The notes below the pieces were generated by a model, which saw only the letters and a program-made list of their open reading frames with translations, had not been told where the DNA came from and did no database searches. 64,000 nt of DNA from Octopus vulgaris (lineage: Eukaryota). The translations under genes were made by a program, and so were the position numbers. The stretch covers positions 81,034,001 to 81,098,000 of the forward strand of contig OX597825.1 in the NCBI GenBank assembly GCA_951406725.2, read 5' to 3'. Of this stretch, positions 57,567 to 64,000 are shown one piece after another. How positions within the stretch are numbered: the stretch's first letter is position 1; every line of letters begins with the position of its first letter.

Positions 57567-58556
57567 TAGCAGCAGCAGCAGTAGCAGCAGCAGCAGTAGC
57601 AGCAGCAGCATCATCATCACAAAAAAAAAAAGAAAGAAAACGACAGTAACCAGACTAAAATATGATACTAGTTAATACAACTTGGGAACGTTCAATTGAT
57701 ATCGGTTTCTCAACTTCATTTCCCTTCTGCAAACTTGTAGCCTTTCCTTTTTAACTGAATATAAAATTTATAAAATACTTAGAAGTGTTCTATCATAAAA
57801 AAATCAATTAATTATTTAAATTAAATAAGATTAAATAAATTTTGAAAGACGAAACATTTTCCAAGTTCCATTTTCGAAGTAAAAACTTATAGGGTGTTGC
57901 AAGGGAAGTAACTTCCTTACAAACACTTTCGTAGTTACTTCCCTTTGAACCAGAATTTATCTTCCTCTCGTCTGACGATGTTTTGAAATGAATTCAGATA
58001 AGTAAGTGACAATTAAGAGCGACGTTGGGGCATTCATGCCTCGCCTAATCAGTTATGAAACTAATTAAATAAAACTGACCATTTTTTAAATTTAAATATC
58101 TACATATTTTATAATTTTGTTTACAGTTTTATCGTTTATATGCTAATAACATGCTGTATTCGTGTCTGCATTTAGACGTGTGTGTGTGTGTGTATGTGTG
58201 TGTGTGTATGTGTGTGTGTGTGTATGTGTGTGTGTGTGTATGTATGTGTGTGTGAGTGTGTATTGAGCTGTATACGTGTGGGAATATGTGTTTATTAATG
58301 TGTATGTGTTCATCCCTCCTCATATATAATGTATGACTGCGCGTAAATGTATGTGGGGTACGTGCGTGCGAGTATGGAGTATCGGGGGATTGTAGTTCCC
58401 GGGGAAAAAGGATTGACTAAAGCAGATAGTATGGTAGGTTGGTAAATGAAAAGCGCAGGTGACTGATTGCCCTATGCGATATTAGAAGACATACGTAATT
58501 GAGAAGAAAGGGTATCGTCTAGAAATAGAGGTAAAAGAGAAAAATAGTGATCGATA

Positions 58557-59097
58557 TATGTCCATCATTGAGAAGAGCAACGTCGAAATCACGTGATCTC
58601 GGCGCTGGAGGTAGCGGGAATTTGTCTCTCCACTAGTGATATAAACAATTGTGCATTTTGTTTCTCTCGTGGCATCTACCGCAGTATAGTTTGTTCTAAC
58701 AGAACAGCCACGTTTAAGTGGAGATAAACATTATCCCTCGGTGTTAAAACTGCCTCTGTCGCTAATAAATATTCTTTTTAACAAGTTCACTGGCTAATCG
58801 CGACACCAGCGCCTGTTCTGGTACTGTCAATCAATATATCGCTGGCGGGGATGAATTGTTGATACCTCCGGCGGTCGAGCGTCTATCATAGACGAGACCA
58901 AGGAAGGTCGAAATGACATGATCTGGTGGTCTCGGCGCTGGAAATGGCCGGGATTTATCTGCCCGCTAGCGATGTAAGCAATTGTGAATTTTGCACTAAA
59001 AGCCAATATGAGAATTTCTCTCATGGCAACAACTGCAGTATAACTTGTTCTAACAGAGCATCCACGATTAAGTGGGGATACATGTTACCTCTCGAGA
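58557..59097 (+). mobile_element. Diverged tandem repeat (325-nt period), each unit starting with a hammerhead motif
   Basis: Shared TCTCGGCGCTGGA, CAATTGTG, TTTCTCTC.TGGCA, GCAGTATA, TTGTTCTAACAGA, TTAAGTGG in both units. Confidence 0.75.
58883..58929 (+). ncRNA. Type I hammerhead motif (unit 2)
   Basis: CUAUCA UAGACGA GACC-AAGGAA-GGUC GAA AUGACAUGAU C UGGUGG; core positions 3-4 altered. Confidence 0.6.
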
Positions 59098-59252
59098 TAT
59101 TGGTGCTTGTGATGGATCCTCCGTCGGTTTCGACGGTAAACATTCAACTGTATGATCCACTGAACTACGTACTTGGCCAATTTATGTAAGTATTAATGTA
59201 AATATTCTAAAAACACGTGAATCGTTCACGTAATTCTCAGACAAAATGGGTC

Positions 59253-59419
59253 ATGCCGTAGCTAGGGTGTGTGCTGCCAGTGGAAGCCCTTGAGTCTGTC
59301 TTCCCACTCTCCAAGCCCCCAAACCTATACAGGCTTATGCAGTTGACCCAAAAGTGCGGCCCCAATAAAGACGTCACCCAAGGTAGACCTCACTGCCCCC
59401 CCCTCTATCTACGCTACGA
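59253..59419. mobile_element. Small TIR element (Harbinger/hAT-like MITE)
   Basis: Left CGTAGCTAGGG, right CCCTCTATCTACG. Confidence 0.45.
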
Positions 59420-59526
59420 CAAATGAGCGTGACACCCTGGGTGATATTTGGATCTTTGAAATACTCGTTCAATCCATTCGTTTGTTTTTACCTTTTATTT
59501 GCTTCAGTCGTTAGACTGCGGCTATG

Positions 59527-59780
59527 CCGAAAGGATGAAAGACAAAGTCGACCTCGGCGGAATTTGAACTCAGAACGTAACGGCAGACGAAATACCTATT
59601 TCTTTATTACCCACAAGGGGCTAAACATAGAGGGGACAAACAAGGACAGACATAGGTACTAAGTCGATTACATCGACCCCAGTGCGTAACTGGTACTTAT
59701 TCAATCGACCCCGAAAGGATGAAAGGCAAAGTTGACCTCGGCGGAATTTGAACTCAGAACGTAACAGCTCCTCGCCGCCT
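59527..59780 (-). mobile_element. Tandem SINE family B copies
   Basis: Core GAAAGGATGAAAG..AAAGT.GACCTCGGCGGAATTTGAACTCAGAACG occurs twice. Confidence 0.88.
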
Positions 59781-60169
59781 TTGCATCTTTTCATTCTTCC
59801 CTCTTACTCGCTTTCTCTTACTGACTCCCCTCTCTCTCTCTTTCTCTGATTCACGCACACACATACACATACGCACACAGACGAATGAATACACGCAATC
59901 TTTCTGTACGTCTGTCTGTTTCTCTGTCTCTCTTTCTCTTTCGCACTAACACACTCACGTACACACAATTTCACTCTCACACACACATGCATAAAAAACT
60001 CTCTTTCTCTTCCCCACTCTGTCTGTCTGTCTCTCTGCTTTCCTCCATTACCTGCGCATACAACCCTTCACCCCTCTCTGTTCCATTTCCCTCTGTCTCC
60101 CTCACCGTCTCTTTCTCTGTCTCTCTATTTCGATTTCTGTCTATCTGTCTATCTGTCACTCTCTCTCCC

Positions 60170-60225
<56 letters not shown>

Positions 60226-60595
60226 CAACTTTTCAATTCCTTTCGTCCTTCGGTTGGCTCCGAAATAAACTTCTGTCGCCAAATACCAATCTGATACCTA
60301 CCAATATCGATCGAACTTGCTAGTGATCAATAACAACATTAATTCTTATCCCAATAGGGCGGTGCTGCGCCAAAAACGGTAAAATGCCGTATGCATTTAT
60401 TTCCACTAATTATTTATGTCTCCAGATGATCCGGGTTCAAATCCCAACGCGGCTTATTTTTTCTCTTTCATCCTTCCTCTTTGATAAAATATGAACGTTT
60501 GCAGGATATCGGCACTGACATAGCTGTGGGGTTAAAGTGTTCGTTTGACAACCACACAGTTCCAGGTTCGATCTCAGTGCGCAGCATCTTGAGAA

Positions 60596-60820
60596 TACAT
60601 ATATGTATACATATACATATGTGTATACATATACATATGTGTATACATATACATATGTGTATACATATACATATATGTATACATATACATATGTGTATAC
60701 ATATACATATGTGTATACATATACATATGTGTATACATATACATATATGTATACATATACATATATGTATACATATACATATATGTATACATATACATAT
60801 ATGTATACATATACATATGT
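60596..60820. repeat. 18-bp minisatellite GTATACATATACATAT(A/G)T, about 12 copies
   Basis: Direct reading; six-residue periodicity in the ORF track. Confidence 0.92.
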
Positions 60821-60846
60821 GTGTGTGTGTGTGTGTGTGTATATAC

Positions 60847-61064
60847 ACGAGGGGATGCCAAACGTTCCTGGTTCTGGGTAAAAGAAAATACTGGAGGATC
60901 AGTTAATTAGGATTTTATTCAACATGTTCCCTTCTCAGATTCATACACTTAATGTAGCGGTCCTTCAGTTTTTCCAAGCCCTCTAAAAGAACTCGGAAGG
61001 TTGGGCCTCCGACCACGCCTTTCGTGATACCCTTAAAACCAATAACTTTTCAGTAACCCCTCAT
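60847..61064. mobile_element. Mariner-derived MITE
   Basis: TIRs ACGAGGGGATGCCAAACGTTCCTGG / rc ATGAGGGGTTACTGAAAAGTTATTGG; related end near 47452. Confidence 0.7.
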
Positions 61065-61116
<52 letters not shown>

Positions 61117-61246
61117 ATATATATATATACGTATATATATACCGGAGTAAACACATAAATGTGACACAAGGTGGAAAAAAGAGTACTCAAATACCAGTGG
61201 TAGAGTAATATGCTTTATTTAAAAGCAGCAGAACATTCAACAAAAC

Positions 61247-61284
61247 CTGTTACTCTGAGTTTCATGTTCCCGTTCGTCGGACAG
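61247..61284 (-). ncRNA. Minimal type I hammerhead motif (U4C), antisense copy
   Basis: CUGU CCGACGA ACG-GGAA-CAU GAA ACUCAGAGU A ACAG. Confidence 0.6.
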
Positions 61285-61307
61285 TTTTTCTAGAATTCTA
61301 GCAAAAA

Positions 61308-61345
61308 CTGTCCGACGAACGGGAACGTGAAACTCAGAGTAACAG
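61308..61345 (+). ncRNA. Minimal type I hammerhead motif (U4C)
   Basis: CUGU CCGACGA ACG-GGAA-CGU GAA ACUCAGAGU A ACAG; GNRA loop II. Confidence 0.72.
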
Positions 61346-61393
61346 ATTTTGTTGAATTTTCTGCTGTATATTTTAAATAAATACACACACACA

Positions 61394-61906
<513 letters not shown>

Positions 61907-61909
<3 letters not shown>

Positions 61910-62028
61910 TTTCATCCTTTCGGGGTCGATTAAATAAGTACCAGTTAAGCACTGGGTTCGATGTAATTTATTTAATGCCTTTGTCCTTATTTGTCCCCTC
62001 TATGTTTAGTCCCCTGTGGGCAATAAAG
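61907..62028 (+). mobile_element. SINE family B 3' part
   Basis: GCCTTTCATCCTTTCGGGGTCGAT core. Confidence 0.85.
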
Positions 62029-62134
62029 AAATATATATAAATATATATATATATATATGTACACACACATATATGCACACATATATATATGTACACACGC
62101 ACACGCACACACACAGACACACAGACACAGACAG

Positions 62135-62244
<110 letters not shown>

Positions 62245-62796
62245 AATTTAATGTACACATGAAGATACTAGCTACTGATAATTTTTTGATTGGATACGCG
62301 TGTCTAGGCAGGTTTTTGTAACACGTCTTGTGTCTTCAAGCAATTCTCAGGCTCTGAGCACATGGCCCATTCAATCTGATATCGGTGGTTTTGGGATATT
62401 CTTAGCAGAGAAATGTATGTTATATAAATCCATAACAGAGCGTAAATTGGTAGTGTAAACTTAGCTATCACGCGAAAACTATTGGAGATTAGGAATTCGA
62501 AGTAGAAAACTACGTGTTGGAAGTATATAATTAACTGTTCGTTTGAGACAAGATGACCAAAAAAGTAGTCCATTCAATGAGACATAAATATCATTTAATG
62601 TACACAGCAGCTCGGATCTTTATTCTGTCTACTTTAAACGAAATTTATATTTCACTGGATGAAGCACTTATTTGTCGATTTTCTTTTAACAGAACATTAA
62701 ACTATATATATAAACACACACATATATATATGCGTATACATATATCCATATAAATATATATACACACATTTTCTCTCCTTGTTTCTTTCTGTGTTC

Positions 62797-62832
62797 CTTT
62801 CTGTGGAAGAGCGTAGGCTCGAAACGTTAAAG
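62797..62832 (+). ncRNA. Minimal type I hammerhead motif (A6U core)
   Basis: CUUU CUGUGGA A GAGC-GUAG-GCUC GAA ACGU U AAAG. Confidence 0.68.
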
Positions 62833-62978
62833 ACTTTTTCACTTCCCGAGCGTTATACTAATACATCTGTTTGTTTTGTACACCACCTGTCTTCGTCTTT
62901 CGGTTTTTTGTGAATTCTCCCTATATACATATGTATATACACAATATATAAGCATATATATACGTACATACACATATA

Positions 62979-63026
<48 letters not shown>

Positions 63027-63035
63027 TATATAGCT

Positions 63036-63203
63036 TTTAGCCAACACATAGATACTTGCGCCAACAAAAAAACACCAAACTTCAGAATTTTCCCCCTCTA
63101 CCAATTTAGGGACGATACAACCTCGAGACAACGAATAAGTAAAGAAAATCTCTTTATTATAAAATACAGGCGACTTCTTAACGGGTCTACGACAAACAAT
63201 TAA
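63036..63203 (+). pseudogene. Penelope-like element GIY-YIG endonuclease C-terminal fragment
   Basis: Open frame without ATG: FSQHIDTCANKKTPNFRIFPLYQFRDDTTSRQRISKENLFIIKYRRLLNGSTTNN*, matching the PLE H...C....F.I.P.......R...E..FI.K....LN pattern. Confidence 0.75.
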
Positions 63204-63755
63204 TATACCTCAACTTAAGAATAAAAGAAATATATATACACACACAAATATTACATTCCATAGAATCCATTACTAATCGCCCCATCACAGCTATATCTTC
63301 ACCCATTCATATTCTCCCTTCTCTGTTTTTTTCTTCTTCTTCCTCTTCTTCTTCTTCATCATCATCATTATCATCATCATCGTCGTCATCGTCATCACCA
63401 CCATCATCATCGTCATCTTCTCCTTCTCCTTCTTCTTCTTCATCGTCATCATCATCGGCACCGTCATCTTCTTCTTCTTCTTCTACTTCTCCACCTTCTA
63501 CCCCTTAACCTTGTCACTAATGTCTTTAAGTATAACGCCTACGCAGCGACTGCCGGTCGCCACTGACCAGCCCAGATTTTCCCACTCCCACCCCCTCAAG
63601 AACTCACAACGACCTCGAATACACAAGTGCAAACAAGGGAGTCAGAGAAAGGCAGAATGCCACCTATATCTGAACACTACTATGGAAGTATTCCTTTAAA
63701 AAAACCTTTCTTCTAATTTTTCTAAATTTTTCTAAATTTAATTATTTAATCGTTA

Positions 63756-63793
63756 CAGTTGAAAAGGTCTCAAAATGACCGAAACCGGTACTG
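63756..63793 (+). ncRNA. Minimal type I hammerhead ribozyme with compensatory U3-A8 core
   Basis: CAG UUGAAAA GGUC-UCAAAAU-GACC GAA ACCGGU A CUG; stem I extends via AAUC/GAUU; predicted cleavage after 63790. Confidence 0.8.
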
Positions 63794-63842
63794 AAAGATT
63801 CACTATAAAATCATCTTAGCATTTTCTATTTTTGACTTGTTT

Positions 63843-63889
<47 letters not shown>

Positions 63890-63893
63890 TATA

Positions 63894-64000
63894 TACTCTT
63901 TTACTCTTTTACTTGTTTCAGTCATTTGATTGTGGCCATGTTGGAGCACCGCCTTTAGTCGAACAAATAGACCACAGGACTTATTCTTTGTAAGCCTAGT
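63894..64000 (-). mobile_element. SINE family A 3' end (runs off the window)
   Basis: ACTTGTTTCAGTCATTTGA...GGAGCACCGCCTTTAGTCG. Confidence 0.85.

Larger units (their letters stand above)
61142..61381. mobile_element. Fold-back Penelope-like insert with hammerhead motif on both strands
   Basis: Palindrome 61214-61381 centred on CTAGAATTCTAG (61290-61301). Confidence 0.85.

Noticed and set aside
60596-60820. CRISPR-like array
   Set aside because: Contiguous 18-bp minisatellite with no spacers; eukaryotic context.

Overview
AT-rich, microsatellite-saturated animal DNA with no host protein-coding exon I can support. The SINE families and repeat landscape suggest an octopus/coleoid cephalopod intron or intergenic region (inference). 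Nearly all ORFs in the track are translations of simple repeats. Recognisable content: (1) many copies of four tRNA-derived SINE families; (2) decayed retroelement relics (L1/Tx1 RT, R4/Dong RT, CR1/L2 pieces, RTE 3' ends, a BEL/Pao Pol C-terminus, a Penelope GIY-YIG C-terminus); (3) mariner relics and MITEs. The most striking signal is about 14 minimal type I hammerhead ribozyme (HHR) motifs in short Penelope-like inserts. Each family has its own palindromic stem III. Several have variant catalytic cores, including a compensatory U3-A8 pair. Several sit in fold-back inverted repeats, and one pair forms a 325-nt tandem repeat resembling a retrozyme. All calls come from manual reading, so boundaries are approximate and no database searches were run.
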